Shown in pieces: positions 20,333 to 30,226 of a stretch of 64,000 nucleotides of DNA. Every line of letters begins with the position of its first letter. Within the stretch, counting starts at the first letter, position 1. Source of the DNA: Spirochaetia bacterium (lineage in GTDB: Bacteria; Spirochaetota; Spirochaetia; CAKZLE01); contig OY782041.1 in the NCBI GenBank assembly GCA_963677595.1, forward strand, positions 1,792,001 through 1,856,000. Reading direction: 5' to 3'. The notes under the pieces are model-generated. The model had not been told where the DNA came from. It saw nothing but the letters and a program-made list of their open reading frames with translations, and made no database searches. The position numbers and the translations under genes are program-made.

Positions 20333-21172
20333 TCAGAACTTCAGTCCTGAGGTCTTTGCCCCTTCGATGAAGTACTTCTGTGCAAAGAAGAACATCAACA
20401 GCGTCGGTACACTGAAGAGCACCGATGCCGCCATGAGGAGGTGCCACTCCACATGGTGCGACGTGAGGAAGGACTGCAGCCCGATCCCCAGGGTGTACAT
20501 GGTATCCTTGGTCAGGTAGATGAGCGGGCCCATGAAATCCGACCAGGTATTGAGGAACATGAAGATCCCCACCGTGATGAGGGCGGCCTTGCTCAGCGGG
20601 AGCATGATCTTCAGAAACACCTGCCGTGAGCTCGCGCCTTCCAGTTCAGCAGACTCGATCAGGGAATCGGGGATTCCCAGGAAGAACTGCCGCAGGAGGA
20701 AGATGTAGTAGCCTCCCCCAAGCCCGCCGCCGAGGAAGGCGGGAACGATCAGCGGCAGGTAGGTGCCGATCCATCCGAGCTTCTTGAAGGTCACGTACAG
20801 CGGGACGAGCGTCACCTGCATGGGGATGAGCATGCAGCCGATCATCAGGGGGAAGAGGATCGATGCCCCTCTCCACCTGATCTTCGATACGGCGAATGCC
20901 GCCATCGGTGCCGAGAAGAGGATCCCGACCACACTTGACAGCGTGATGATGAGGGTATTGCCGGTATACCGTGCGAAGGGGATGCGCCTGAAGACCTCGA
21001 CATAGTTCTCGGGGTGGAACACCTTCGGCAGGAGGGTCGGTGGGATACAGAAAGCCTCAGCGAAGCTCTTGAACGACGTGGCGAGCAGCCAGACGAAGGG
21101 GAGAAGGTAGACGATGCTCAAGAGTGAGATGATGATGTATGCTGCAGTCCGTTTTTTCGTGTCAATCGCCAT
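20333..21172 (-). CDS. Carbohydrate ABC transporter permease
   Basis: EAA loop IPDSLIESAELEGAS, WSDFMGPLIYL. Confidence 0.93.
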   Translation of the reverse strand: MAIDTKKRTAAYIIISLLSIVYLLPFVWLLATSFKSFAEAFCIPPTLLPKVFHPENYVEVFRRIPFARYTGNTLIITLSSVVGILFSAPMAAFAVSKIRWRGASILFPLMIGCMLIPMQVTLVPLYVTFKKLGWIGTYLPLIVPAFLGGGLGGGYYIFLLRQFFLGIPDSLIESAELEGASSRQVFLKIMLPLSKAALITVGIFMFLNTWSDFMGPLIYLTKDTMYTLGIGLQSFLTSHHVEWHLLMAASVLFSVPTLLMFFFAQKYFIEGAKTSGLKF

Positions 21173-22070
21173 AGAACACCCACTTCTTAGAGGATCTGAA
21201 GATGATGAACGTCAAGGTTCCCGCCACGAGGAAGAGAATCCAGGCCATGGCAGATGCCTTGCCCATCTTCAGGTAGAGGAATGCGTTCTGGTAGAGATAG
21301 GTCGCGTAGAACATGAGCGAGTTGAGCGGGCCCCCGACCGCCTGGTTCAGCCGGTCGGTTGAGCCGCTGATGATGTAGGCCTCGGTGAAGTACTGCAGGT
21401 TCACGATGATCTGCATGATGACCTGGAAGAGGATCGCCGGGGTGAGGGCGGGGAGCGTGATCTGGAAGAACTTGCGAAAGATGCCCGCCCCGTCGATGTC
21501 TGCGGCTTCGTAGAGCGTCTTCGGGACATCCTGGAGGGCTGCGAGGAAGAGGATCATGGTAGGGCCGGTCCTCCACGCGCCGATGAGGATGAGCGATACC
21601 TTGGTATAGGCGGGGTCGGCCAGCCAGTTGGGTGCCGGGAGGTGCACGGCCCTCAGGACCATGTTCAGCAGTCCGTTGACCGGGTTGAGCATCCAGACCC
21701 ACAGCAGGGCTGTTGCCACGATCGGCAGGATGTAGGGGATGTAGAAGACCGTCCTGAAGAAGGCCAGCCCCCTGATCCTGTTATTGAGCAGGACAGCCAT
21801 GACCATGCCGATGATGATGTAGATCGGGCTCCCGAGGAAGGTCATGTAGAGGGTATTGTAGAGACTCTTGTAGAAGAGGTCATCGGAGAAGAGTTCACGG
21901 AAGTTCTCCAACCCGATGAAGTTCGGGGCCTGGAAGAGGTTGAAATCGGTGAAGCTGTAGTAGAGAGACTGAAGGATTGGATAGAGGATGAAGAGCAGGA
22001 ACCCGATCAGCCAGGGGAGGGAGAAGAGTATCCCGTTCCTGGTATCGACCCGCTTGAAACCTGAATGCAT
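21162..22070 (-). CDS. Carbohydrate ABC transporter permease
   Basis: Start MHSGFKR after GAGG RBS; VPKTLYEAADIDGAG EAA loop. Confidence 0.93.
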   Translation of the reverse strand: MHSGFKRVDTRNGILFSLPWLIGFLLFILYPILQSLYYSFTDFNLFQAPNFIGLENFRELFSDDLFYKSLYNTLYMTFLGSPIYIIIGMVMAVLLNNRIRGLAFFRTVFYIPYILPIVATALLWVWMLNPVNGLLNMVLRAVHLPAPNWLADPAYTKVSLILIGAWRTGPTMILFLAALQDVPKTLYEAADIDGAGIFRKFFQITLPALTPAILFQVIMQIIVNLQYFTEAYIISGSTDRLNQAVGGPLNSLMFYATYLYQNAFLYLKMGKASAMAWILFLVAGTLTFIIFRSSKKWVFYGD

Positions 22071-22101
22071 AAATAAGACCTCATAACGTATGGGCGAAGA
22101 C

Positions 22102-22127
22102 CCTGGAGGGGAATCTTCCCCTCCAGG
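22102..22127. terminator. Intercistronic stem-loop after the SBP gene (mRNA stabiliser or partial terminator)
   Basis: CCTGGAGGGGAA-TC-TTCCCCTCCAGG, perfect 12-bp inverted repeat. Confidence 0.65.
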
Positions 22128-22146
22128 ATACCTGTCTGGTCGGCTG

Positions 22147-23412
22147 CTACAGGGAAGCCGCGGCTTTCTGTGCCTTTGCAAGAGCCTCGTCGACACCGGC
22201 TGTACCGAGCATGACTGCCTGGTAGGTGTCGCTGATGATCTTCTGCAGCTCCTGCTGCCCGTCGAATGCCGGGAAGGTCGTGAGGTTGGTGCTTCGTGCC
22301 AGGTCGGCGAAGGCATCGAAGTTCACGACATCATCGAATGCCGCATTGTCGAGTGCGGAGATCCTGGCAGGGATCCAGCCCATCCCCGCGGAGAGCTCTG
22401 CCATCTGCTGCTCCTCATGGAGCCAGCTGATGAATGCCCAGGCACCATCCTTGTTCTTCGCCGTTGAGGGGATGAAGAAGGTCGAGCTCTGGACCTGCCC
22501 GCTCTTTGCTGAGCCGGGGATCGATGCTGCATGGGGGATGGGGGCTACCCCGTAGTTCAGGTCGACAGCAAGGGTGTTGGTGATGTGGTTGCCGAACCAG
22601 GGGCCGTCGATCCTCAGTGCCTGCCTCCCGGTGATGAAGGGGTCAGCTGCCGACATGTACCCGCCGCTGGAGTTGAAGGCAAGGACGCTGTCCAGCCCGT
22701 ATTTCGCACGATAGTCAGAGACCATCTCCAGTGCGAGACGGGAAGCCTCGGTATCGACGGTGATCGCTCCCGCCCTCCCGTAGTCACCGCCCAGGGAGAA
22801 TGCCATATGCTCGATGAAGTAGACCTCCGGGAACTCAGGGAAGCCCTGGACTGTCATATTGCCTGAGGCATCGACTTCGGTGAGCGTGTCGGCATACTGG
22901 ACGAGCTCCTTATCGGTGGCAGGGGGTGCCGTGTAGCCTGCGGCTGCGAGCAGGTCCTTGTTGTAGTAGAGCATCATGAGGTTGACCGAGATCGGGAGGG
23001 CATAGATCTCGCCGTCTACCGAGACGCTGTCGATGGCTGAAGCCATGAAGTCGTCGATATCGTAGCCGTCCCGCTCGATATATGCGCCCAGGGGTTCGAG
23101 GATGCCTTTATCGGCATAGGAAGCCGTGAGGGAGGAGAAGGTGTCAGTGACATCAGGCCCGTCCCCGGCTGCGATGGCGACCTGGATCTTCTGCCCATCG
23201 GGGACCGAGAGCCCCTCGACGATATACTCATCCTGGGAAGCATTGAACTTATCGATCATTGCCTCTACCTTCTCACCTTCGACGCCGCCCCAGAGATACC
23301 AGAACGATACGGTCGATGGACCTTCCTTCTGTACCGGTTCAGCCTGGCCCTGTGCGGATACCATGCCTGCGGCAAGCAGGCAGATCATCATGACAAGTAC
23401 GAACTTTTTCAT
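22147..23412 (-). CDS. Carbohydrate ABC transporter substrate-binding protein
   Basis: Signal peptide MKKFVLVMMICLLAAGMVSAQGQAE; IAAGDGPDV, LYYNKDLL motifs. Confidence 0.93.
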   Translation of the reverse strand: MKKFVLVMMICLLAAGMVSAQGQAEPVQKEGPSTVSFWYLWGGVEGEKVEAMIDKFNASQDEYIVEGLSVPDGQKIQVAIAAGDGPDVTDTFSSLTASYADKGILEPLGAYIERDGYDIDDFMASAIDSVSVDGEIYALPISVNLMMLYYNKDLLAAAGYTAPPATDKELVQYADTLTEVDASGNMTVQGFPEFPEVYFIEHMAFSLGGDYGRAGAITVDTEASRLALEMVSDYRAKYGLDSVLAFNSSGGYMSAADPFITGRQALRIDGPWFGNHITNTLAVDLNYGVAPIPHAASIPGSAKSGQVQSSTFFIPSTAKNKDGAWAFISWLHEEQQMAELSAGMGWIPARISALDNAAFDDVVNFDAFADLARSTNLTTFPAFDGQQELQKIISDTYQAVMLGTAGVDEALAKAQKAAASL

Positions 23413-23437
23413 AAAAACACTCCTTTTACAGTATACA

Positions 23438-23455
23438 TGATTCAACGTTGAATCA
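23438..23455. promoter_or_regulatory. LacI-type operator (perfect palindrome)
   Basis: TGATTCAACGTTGAATCA, 18 bp with central CG, between divergent SBP and LacI genes. Confidence 0.8.
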
Positions 23456-23470
23456 AAAGCGAAAAGTTTT

Positions 23471-23488
23471 TGCTTCATCGTTGAATCA
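23471..23488. promoter_or_regulatory. Second LacI-type operator copy
   Basis: TGCTTCATCGTTGAATCA, 16/18 match to the 23438 palindrome. Confidence 0.7.
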
Positions 23489-23600
23489 TATGGTATTACG
23501 GATTTGTATCCCTGTCAAGCAGTTTATTTCATTGAGTGACACGTTTTCTACTAGGATAAAATCATGTAGTATGCTATATTTCAGTAATTGCAGCATAAAA

Positions 23601-23618
23601 AGGTGCAACGATGAATCA
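23601..23618. promoter_or_regulatory. Third operator copy (autoregulatory, before LacI start)
   Basis: AGGTGCAACGATGAATCA, 14/18 match. Confidence 0.55.
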
Positions 23619-23629
23619 ACGAGGAAGGT

Positions 23630-24643
23630 GTGGTGAAGAAGGCAACCATCAAGGACATAGCCCGTGAAGCGGGAGTCTCCCCGCGATCAGTCTCCTATGC
23701 GGTCAACGGTACCGGGCGCATCTCGGCTGAGACCAGGGAGCGGATCCTCAAGATCGCCGAACGACTCAACTACCAGCCGAACATCCTGGCCAAGGGACTG
23801 GTCGGGCAGAAGACCTACCTGATCGGGGTGGTACTGCCCTATCTCTCGAGCAGCTTCTTCACTGACATCATCAACGGGATCGAGGAGTGCTGTGTGGGGG
23901 ATGGCTTCGATATCATCCTGGGGAACTCCTCGAGCAGGACCGTCTCCGAGAAGAACGTGATCAAGCGGATGGTCAACCGGCAGGTTGACGGCATCATCTG
24001 TTGTCCCGACCCGCGCTACTTCGAGTTCTACCAGGAGTTGAAGGCAACCAACCTGCCGCTCATCCAGATCATGACCCATGTGAGGGGGGTAGATGCCACC
24101 TCATTGCTGGTGGATGATGAACACGGCGGATATATCGCCGCGAAACACCTGCTCGACCTCGGGCATGAGAGGATCGGGTTCCTTGACTACCAGGAGAGTT
24201 TTTATGAGGAGATCGGTCTGAGGAAGAACGGTTTCCTCAGGGCCCTGCTCGAGAAGGGCATATCGCTTGAGGTGAACCGGTACAGCGAGCCTTCTGACCT
24301 CACGATCGAGGGCGGCTATGCTGCTGCCCTGAAGCTGCTTGAACGCAACCCCTCGCTCACGGCGATCTTTGCCGCTACCGACCGTGCCGCTATCGGTGCC
24401 GTCCAGGCAGTCTTGAGTCTCGGCAGGCGGGTCCCTGAGGATATATCAATAATAGGGTATGACGATATCGACCTGGCAGAACACCAGGTCCTCTACCCGC
24501 TGACGACCGTCGCCCAGCCCAAGGAGCTGATCGGGGAGATCTCATACGGGATGCTCGGCAGGCTCATCGCGGGCGAGTCGGTTGCCTCGCAGCTGCTCAC
24601 GCCTGAGCTGGTCCCCAGGAAGACGACCGGTCCTGCCCGATAG
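23630..24643 (+). CDS. LacI-family transcriptional regulator
   Basis: ATIKDIAREAGVS HTH, YQPNILAKGL hinge, VPEDISIIGYDD, PLTTVAQP. Confidence 0.95.
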   Translation: MVKKATIKDIAREAGVSPRSVSYAVNGTGRISAETRERILKIAERLNYQPNILAKGLVGQKTYLIGVVLPYLSSSFFTDIINGIEECCVGDGFDIILGNSSSRTVSEKNVIKRMVNRQVDGIICCPDPRYFEFYQELKATNLPLIQIMTHVRGVDATSLLVDDEHGGYIAAKHLLDLGHERIGFLDYQESFYEEIGLRKNGFLRALLEKGISLEVNRYSEPSDLTIEGGYAAALKLLERNPSLTAIFAATDRAAIGAVQAVLSLGRRVPEDISIIGYDDIDLAEHQVLYPLTTVAQPKELIGEISYGMLGRLIAGESVASQLLTPELVPRKTTGPAR

Positions 24644-24673
24644 GGCACAATCCATATACTTTGAGGTACGTGC

Positions 24674-25669
24674 ATGAGAATACTGGACTTACATTGTGAT
24701 ACGCTCCTGAAGGCCCTCCTTGCCTCGCAGGACGGCATGCCGTTCTCCCTGGTTTCGAATGACCTCATGCTCGATATCGGCCGGATGGTGGAGGGGCGCT
24801 ACTTAGGCCAGTTCTTTGCCGTCTTTGTCCCTGTAGAGGGGGTTCCCGGCGCGACCCCGGGGGAGGCTGCACAGGCCATGCTCGAGACAGCATGGAAGAT
24901 GATCGGGATGCATACTGATGGGCTGCAGAAGGACCGTGAGCGCATCAGGCTCGCCGGGGACTATGCGGGGATCATCGCGAACCAGGAGGCCGGCAGGCTC
25001 TCAGCCATGCTCTCGATGGAAGGACTCGGCTACCTGCAGGGAGACCTCTCGCTGGTCGGGGAGTTTCATGCGGCCGGGGTGAGGATGGCAGGCCCGATCT
25101 GGAATATCGAGAACGAGTTTGCCTTCCCCAACTCTACCGACCCGCAGGTCATGGGGAGGGGACTGAAGCCCGCGGGCTTCGACCTGGTCGCCGAACTCGA
25201 CCGGCTGGGCATCATCATCGATGTCTCCCACCTCTCTGACGGCGGGTTCTGGGACTGTATACAGAGTTCGAAGCATCCGGTCATCGCCTCCCATTCCAAT
25301 TCCCGGGCGGTCTGCGACCACCCGAGGAATCTGAGTGATGAGATGCTCAAAGCCCTTGCTGACAGCGGCGGCGTGGCAGGCCTGAACTACTGCCCGGCTT
25401 TCCTGAAGGATACCGGATTACCCCTTGGCCAGGGTACGAGCCGTATCAAGGACATGGTACGCCATATGCTCCATATCAGGGAGGTCGCCGGGATCGAGGC
25501 TCTTGCCCTCGGTTCGGACTTCGACGGGATCAGCGGGGAGTTCGAGATCGGCGATGCCTCTGAAGTGGTGACCCTGATCCCTGCCCTGGAGCAGGCGGGG
25601 TTCTCTCCCACGGAGATCGACAAGGTCACCCATGAGAACATCCTGCGGGTCATCCGCGACGTATGCTGA
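24674..25669 (+). CDS. Membrane (renal-type, M19) dipeptidase
   Basis: DLHCDT, SMEG, DVSHLSD, ASHSNSR, RNLSD, GSDFDG. Confidence 0.92.
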   Translation: MRILDLHCDTLLKALLASQDGMPFSLVSNDLMLDIGRMVEGRYLGQFFAVFVPVEGVPGATPGEAAQAMLETAWKMIGMHTDGLQKDRERIRLAGDYAGIIANQEAGRLSAMLSMEGLGYLQGDLSLVGEFHAAGVRMAGPIWNIENEFAFPNSTDPQVMGRGLKPAGFDLVAELDRLGIIIDVSHLSDGGFWDCIQSSKHPVIASHSNSRAVCDHPRNLSDEMLKALADSGGVAGLNYCPAFLKDTGLPLGQGTSRIKDMVRHMLHIREVAGIEALALGSDFDGISGEFEIGDASEVVTLIPALEQAGFSPTEIDKVTHENILRVIRDVC

Positions 25670-25765
25670 CCTGATTAAAAGACTCGAAATGTATTTTATA
25701 TTCCCAGTACAATCAAGAGGGTGTGTTTCTTTGATGAGAGACTATGGTACATCACCACGGCCAGA

Positions 25766-26824
25766 CTAGATGAGATCCTTCTGTGAGTAGCCCTCTGCTA
25801 TCGAAGGCAGGATGATCGCCGGCGGTATCAGGATGTCGCTCTCCAGCTCGATACTCGATACCAGATGCTTGAACAGGTGGTTCACCGCGACCCTGCCGAT
25901 CATCTGGGGATGACGGTCGAGCAGGGCGACGAGCCTGTCCTCGGAGAGGAGCTTCAGGTTCTCATCGAGGGTATCGACGGTGATGATCCGGTACTTGTCG
26001 AGCATGTCCCGTTCTTTCAGGGTATTGATGATCGCATGGGACTGCGAGATCCCGATGAAGATCCCGTTGACTTCGGGATACTCGTCGATCAGCTTATTCG
26101 TCAGCAGACTGCCGATCGTGTCATCATAGTGGTTCTCGTAGGTGACGATCACCTGGCTGCTGCTCTTCCTGATCGATTCCTCGAAACCGGTGATGGTATC
26201 GGCCTGGTTCGGGACATCCCGCTTGCCGATGAACACGGCATTGACGCCGTTGGGGTTGCAGAGATTCATCAGGTCCCCGGCAAGCATCCCTAGGACCCTT
26301 CCGTCATACTGCACGCACGATATGGAATGGAATCCCGGTAGGGTGTTGTTGATGGTCATGACCGGGATGCCCCGCTCCTCGATTATCGTATTGAAGTCAT
26401 TGTACTCCCGGTAGGGGATGGCAGGGTAGAGGATGACCCCGTCCGGTTTCTGGTCCAGGGTGTTCTCGAACGCCTTGAGTGTCTTGTCCTTGTCCAGCCG
26501 GTAATCTATGTTGTCGTCGATATTGTTGATCATGAGATTCACCCGGTAGTTCTTGAGGGCATCGGCTTCCCACCTCATCCCCTGGACCACCTTCTGCATG
26601 AACTCCCGGTTGCTCGCCTCTATGATCGCATGGATGTTCAGCTCCTTTCGCGCAAGGGTCTGGGCTACCACGTTGCTCGTGTAGTTCATCTGCCTGGCCA
26701 CCTGGAGGATCTCGTCGCGTTTCTTCTCGCTCACACCCTTCTTGTTGTGGAGTACCTTGTATACGGTGGTGGTAGAGACACCGGTAATCTTTGCTATGTC
26801 AGTGATGGTCGCCGCTTTCTTCAT
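25766..26824 (-). CDS. LacI-family transcriptional regulator
   Basis: MKKAATITDIAKITGVSTTTVYKVL HTH plus periplasmic-binding-like domain. Confidence 0.92.
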   Translation of the reverse strand: MKKAATITDIAKITGVSTTTVYKVLHNKKGVSEKKRDEILQVARQMNYTSNVVAQTLARKELNIHAIIEASNREFMQKVVQGMRWEADALKNYRVNLMINNIDDNIDYRLDKDKTLKAFENTLDQKPDGVILYPAIPYREYNDFNTIIEERGIPVMTINNTLPGFHSISCVQYDGRVLGMLAGDLMNLCNPNGVNAVFIGKRDVPNQADTITGFEESIRKSSSQVIVTYENHYDDTIGSLLTNKLIDEYPEVNGIFIGISQSHAIINTLKERDMLDKYRIITVDTLDENLKLLSEDRLVALLDRHPQMIGRVAVNHLFKHLVSSIELESDILIPPAIILPSIAEGYSQKDLI

Positions 26825-26988
26825 ATCTGCTTTTCCTGTTCTAAGGTATTCCCGATTATACTTCAATAAGGTAAAAATGTAAATATAAAACTTATATTAG
26901 ATGCAAAAGGGTAAAAAAACAAACCATAAATCAGCTGAAATGATACAATGTGTTGCAAAAATAGTGGAAAAAACTATAAAAAAAGATA

Positions 26989-27017
26989 TTGACGTATGAA
27001 AAAAGCTGCCATATAAT
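26989..27017 (+). promoter_or_regulatory. Sigma70-type promoter
   Basis: TTGACG-N17-TATAAT. Confidence 0.75.
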
Positions 27018-27025
27018 CGGAATCA

Positions 27026-27042
27026 AGGTAAACGTTAAACCT
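27026..27042. promoter_or_regulatory. Probable LacI operator
   Basis: AGGTAAACGTTAAACCT, imperfect palindrome with AACGTT core just downstream of the -10 box. Confidence 0.55.
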
Positions 27043-27072
27043 AATACCAAATTTTTGATGAGGATTTGTATC

Positions 27073-28185
27073 ATGCCAGTTGTTAAAGTAGATTGGATTC
27101 CCACAGAGAATCCTGAAGTCCGGTTCGAGGACAATGTGATCGGGAGATTGAAGAAGGAAGTCTGGGATGCGGACTTGGCTCAGCTCGATAAATGGCTCGA
27201 GGAGGATTTTGAGATCCCGCAGCCGTCAGAGATCGGGAAGGCAAACTGCTACTACCAGACGACCCCGCTCGGGAAGTCAAACGAGAAGCGGAAGAAGAAC
27301 GATATCGTGTTCATCCCCGTGGGATGTACCGAATGCCATGGTGTCGCACTTCCCCCGGGACAGGACGTGTTCCAGGTCTCACAGTTCCTCGAGGGTGTTC
27401 GAAGATACACCGCGAAACTCGGGAAGGAGATCACCCTTGCCTGGCCGATCCTCTACGGCGGCCACCCGCACCACCACCTCGGGATGCCGGGAACGGTCGT
27501 CATCCCCCAGGACGTACTGACTGAACAGATCATTGCGATCATGCTGGGGCTGTGGAACGACGGGTACCGGAAGATCATCCTGGTCAACAACCACGGACAT
27601 ATGTATACCCTGGTCACCGCGATCCAGGAGTTCTGCAAGCGATTCCAGCTTCCTGGTATCTTCCAGGTATTCGACTGGATCACCACTACCCGTGAGTTCT
27701 TCATGCCGTTCTCCGGCAAGGAAGACGAACTGCAGGAGACCTTCACCCATGCGGCAGAATCAGAGACATCACTCGGTCTCCTGCTCAACCGGGAGATGCT
27801 TGATGAGTCGAAGTTCATGGACCGGCAGGGCAAGTCACTCATGAGGTCGGAATGGTTCGATAACTCGATCACCGACTACGGCCGACCCCACCAGTGGTGC
27901 GAGGGCGAGGGGCACAACGAGATAGAGATGTCCGCCGCACGTGACGGCGTACTCGGATGGCAGTCACTCGCACATCCTGACAAGGCAAAGAGGCCGGTGG
28001 TCGCGATCTGCAAGCTGCTCGTACAGTTCGTCGAGGATGTCCTGGCGGTCTATCCCCCGGGAACGGTCCCTGAGGCAGAGAAAGTGACCCTGAGGACCTC
28101 GGAGGAGATGGCACCATACCTGAAGGAACCGATGAGCGAGGGTTGGAAGACAGTCTACGGTATCCCTCGGATAGGATTGTTCTAG
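27073..28185 (+). CDS. Creatininase-family hydrolase, IolN (3-dehydro-scyllo-inosose hydrolase)-like
   Basis: IPVGCTECHG, YGGHPHHHLGMPGTV, GLWNDGYRK...NNHGH, HAAESETS and C-terminal KEPMSEGW resemble Thermotoga IolN as I recall it. Confidence 0.75.
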   Translation: MPVVKVDWIPTENPEVRFEDNVIGRLKKEVWDADLAQLDKWLEEDFEIPQPSEIGKANCYYQTTPLGKSNEKRKKNDIVFIPVGCTECHGVALPPGQDVFQVSQFLEGVRRYTAKLGKEITLAWPILYGGHPHHHLGMPGTVVIPQDVLTEQIIAIMLGLWNDGYRKIILVNNHGHMYTLVTAIQEFCKRFQLPGIFQVFDWITTTREFFMPFSGKEDELQETFTHAAESETSLGLLLNREMLDESKFMDRQGKSLMRSEWFDNSITDYGRPHQWCEGEGHNEIEMSAARDGVLGWQSLAHPDKAKRPVVAICKLLVQFVEDVLAVYPPGTVPEAEKVTLRTSEEMAPYLKEPMSEGWKTVYGIPRIGLF

Positions 28186-28203
28186 GAACAGGAGTGCAAT
28201 ACC

Positions 28204-29289
28204 ATGGGTAATAGAATCAAGGAGATACAGTGTTATCGTGCCGTGTCCAAGATCAGCAAACCGATCGCGGATGCTACGCATTCGATAGACCAGATCGCCT
28301 TCAACATCGTCGAGATCACCACCGAGAAGGGGGTGACCGGCCAGGGGTACCTGCTGGCATTCAACTACTCACGGAATGCTATCGAAGGGGCGCTGAAGGA
28401 TGTCTGTGAGTTCGTCGAGAACCATGAGTACCAGGTATATGAGATGCCGCGGGTCAGGAAGGACTGGGACGCAGAGGCAGAGTACTTCGGCAACTCAGGG
28501 ATCAACAACTCCGCCATCGCTGCCCTGAACATCGCCATGTGGGATGCATGGGGCAGGGAGAATGGCCAGCCGGTCTGGAAGATGCTCGGTGCATGTCATT
28601 CGAGGGTCCCGGTATACGGGAGCGGCGGCTGGCTCTCCTACACCGATGAGGAGCTGCTGGACGAGGTACTGGACTACAAGGGAAGGGGATTCAAGGCCGT
28701 GAAGATCAAGGTCGGGTCCCCTGAAGCCGGACGGGACCTCGAGCGGCTGAGGCTCTGCAGGGATGCATTGGGCCCGGGTGTGAGCATCATGATGGATGCC
28801 AACCAGGGGATGGATGTCCCCTCGGCGCTGACCCTTGCCACGAAGGCGAAGGAGCTCAATATACACTGGTTCGAGGAGCCTGTCGTCCATACCGATTTTG
28901 CCGGGTACAAGATGCTGCGGGACAACTGCGGGATCTCCCTGGCGATGGGGGAGCGGGAGTATGACTGTGAGGCGCTCAAGCACCTGATCGGTATCAATGC
29001 CCTCGATATGTGGCAGCCGGACATCGTCCGTTTGGGCGGTGTGGAGAGCTGGCTGGCATCCTCAGCGGTTGCCAATGCCTACAACCTCCCGGCCCTGCCT
29101 CATTATTATAAGGACTACGATGTCCCTCTGCTCTGCACGATCCCGAACGCGTACGGCTCGGAATCTTTCGACTGGATCGACGGGATCATCGACAATGTCA
29201 TGAGAGTGGAAGACGGATATGCGTATCCCCGAACCGGCCCGGGCTGGGGATTCACATTCAACGCAGAGAGCATGACGGAGGTGAAGTGA
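28204..29289 (+). CDS. Mandelate racemase/enolase-superfamily enzyme (acid-sugar dehydratase-like)
   Basis: KIK, DANQ, WFEEP, GERE, QPD and PH catalytic/metal motifs. Confidence 0.9.
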   Translation: MGNRIKEIQCYRAVSKISKPIADATHSIDQIAFNIVEITTEKGVTGQGYLLAFNYSRNAIEGALKDVCEFVENHEYQVYEMPRVRKDWDAEAEYFGNSGINNSAIAALNIAMWDAWGRENGQPVWKMLGACHSRVPVYGSGGWLSYTDEELLDEVLDYKGRGFKAVKIKVGSPEAGRDLERLRLCRDALGPGVSIMMDANQGMDVPSALTLATKAKELNIHWFEEPVVHTDFAGYKMLRDNCGISLAMGEREYDCEALKHLIGINALDMWQPDIVRLGGVESWLASSAVANAYNLPALPHYYKDYDVPLLCTIPNAYGSESFDWIDGIIDNVMRVEDGYAYPRTGPGWGFTFNAESMTEVK

Positions 29290-30053
29290 TGGACAGTACA
29301 GCATTCGTCAACGGTATGTTCGGGCTGGAGGGGCATGTAGGGATCGTGACCGGTGCCTCGCGGGGACTGGGCAAGTCCATTGCCTCCCGACTCGTGGAGG
29401 CTGGGGCGAAGGTCTACAACCTTGACGTGATCTCACCGGATGAGAAGGTGGAGAACGTGGTCGATATCCAGGTGGACCTGACCGACCGCGTGAAGACGAG
29501 GGAAGTCATCGACACCATCGCCACTGAAGAGGGGCAGCTCGATTTCCTGGTGAACAACGCCGGGATCACGTTCAAGAGCAGGGCTGAGGACTTCCCGATC
29601 GAGAAGTACCGGAAGATACAGGATATAAACCTGGAGACCGTGTTCGAACTGAGCCGGATGTGCTACCCCTACCTGAAAGGTTCTGAGTATATCGGGAGGA
29701 TCGTCAGCATATCATCGATGGCAGCCCATATGGGGTTCACGGATGTCGTCCCTTACTGCATCACCAAGTCGGGTGTGACGGGTCTGACTCGCGGCCTGGC
29801 TGAGGAGTGGAAGCACGACAACATCCGCGTGAACAGTGTGGCACCGGGCTGGGTCCTGACCAAGTTGAACGCCGAGCTGTTCGACAGGGATCCGTCCAGG
29901 AAGGAAGCTGCCGCGAGCAAGATCATGCTGGGAGAATTCGGTACCCCCGAAGATATCGGCAATATGGTCCTGTTCCTGCTGGGGAACGCATCGTCCTACC
30001 TTACTGGACAGGACTTCGCAGTTGACGGCGGTGCATTGACCCACGGGTTCTAG
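29289..30053 (+). CDS. SDR oxidoreductase (gluconate 5-dehydrogenase/KduD-like)
   Basis: TGASRGLG, NNAG, YCITK, VNSVAPG, VDGG. Confidence 0.9.
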   Translation: MDSTAFVNGMFGLEGHVGIVTGASRGLGKSIASRLVEAGAKVYNLDVISPDEKVENVVDIQVDLTDRVKTREVIDTIATEEGQLDFLVNNAGITFKSRAEDFPIEKYRKIQDINLETVFELSRMCYPYLKGSEYIGRIVSISSMAAHMGFTDVVPYCITKSGVTGLTRGLAEEWKHDNIRVNSVAPGWVLTKLNAELFDRDPSRKEAAASKIMLGEFGTPEDIGNMVLFLLGNASSYLTGQDFAVDGGALTHGF

Positions 30054-30065
30054 AGAGACCTGTCG

Positions 30066-30123
30066 GCTGCGTTCCCGGGCCGGGGAGAGAAGCTCTTTCC
30101 GGTTTTGGGAGCCGGGACGCAGC
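30066..30123. terminator. Long GC-rich hairpin between enzyme and transporter genes
   Basis: GCTGCGTTCCCGG...CCGGGACGCAGC outer stem with inner CCGGGGAGAG/CTCTTTCCGG stem. Confidence 0.5.
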
Positions 30124-30226
30124 AGAAGGTATATGACATGATGAATCATGAGTTATACTACTCATAAGAAAATCGAAAAGAAGGAGAAGTGAGTCATAAC
30201 TTCCATATGATGCACGAAGTAAGATC

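Noticed and set aside
30148-30210. Short inverted repeats before the RbsB-like gene (ATGAG...CTCAT)
   Set aside because: Arms too short to distinguish from chance; no riboswitch features recognised
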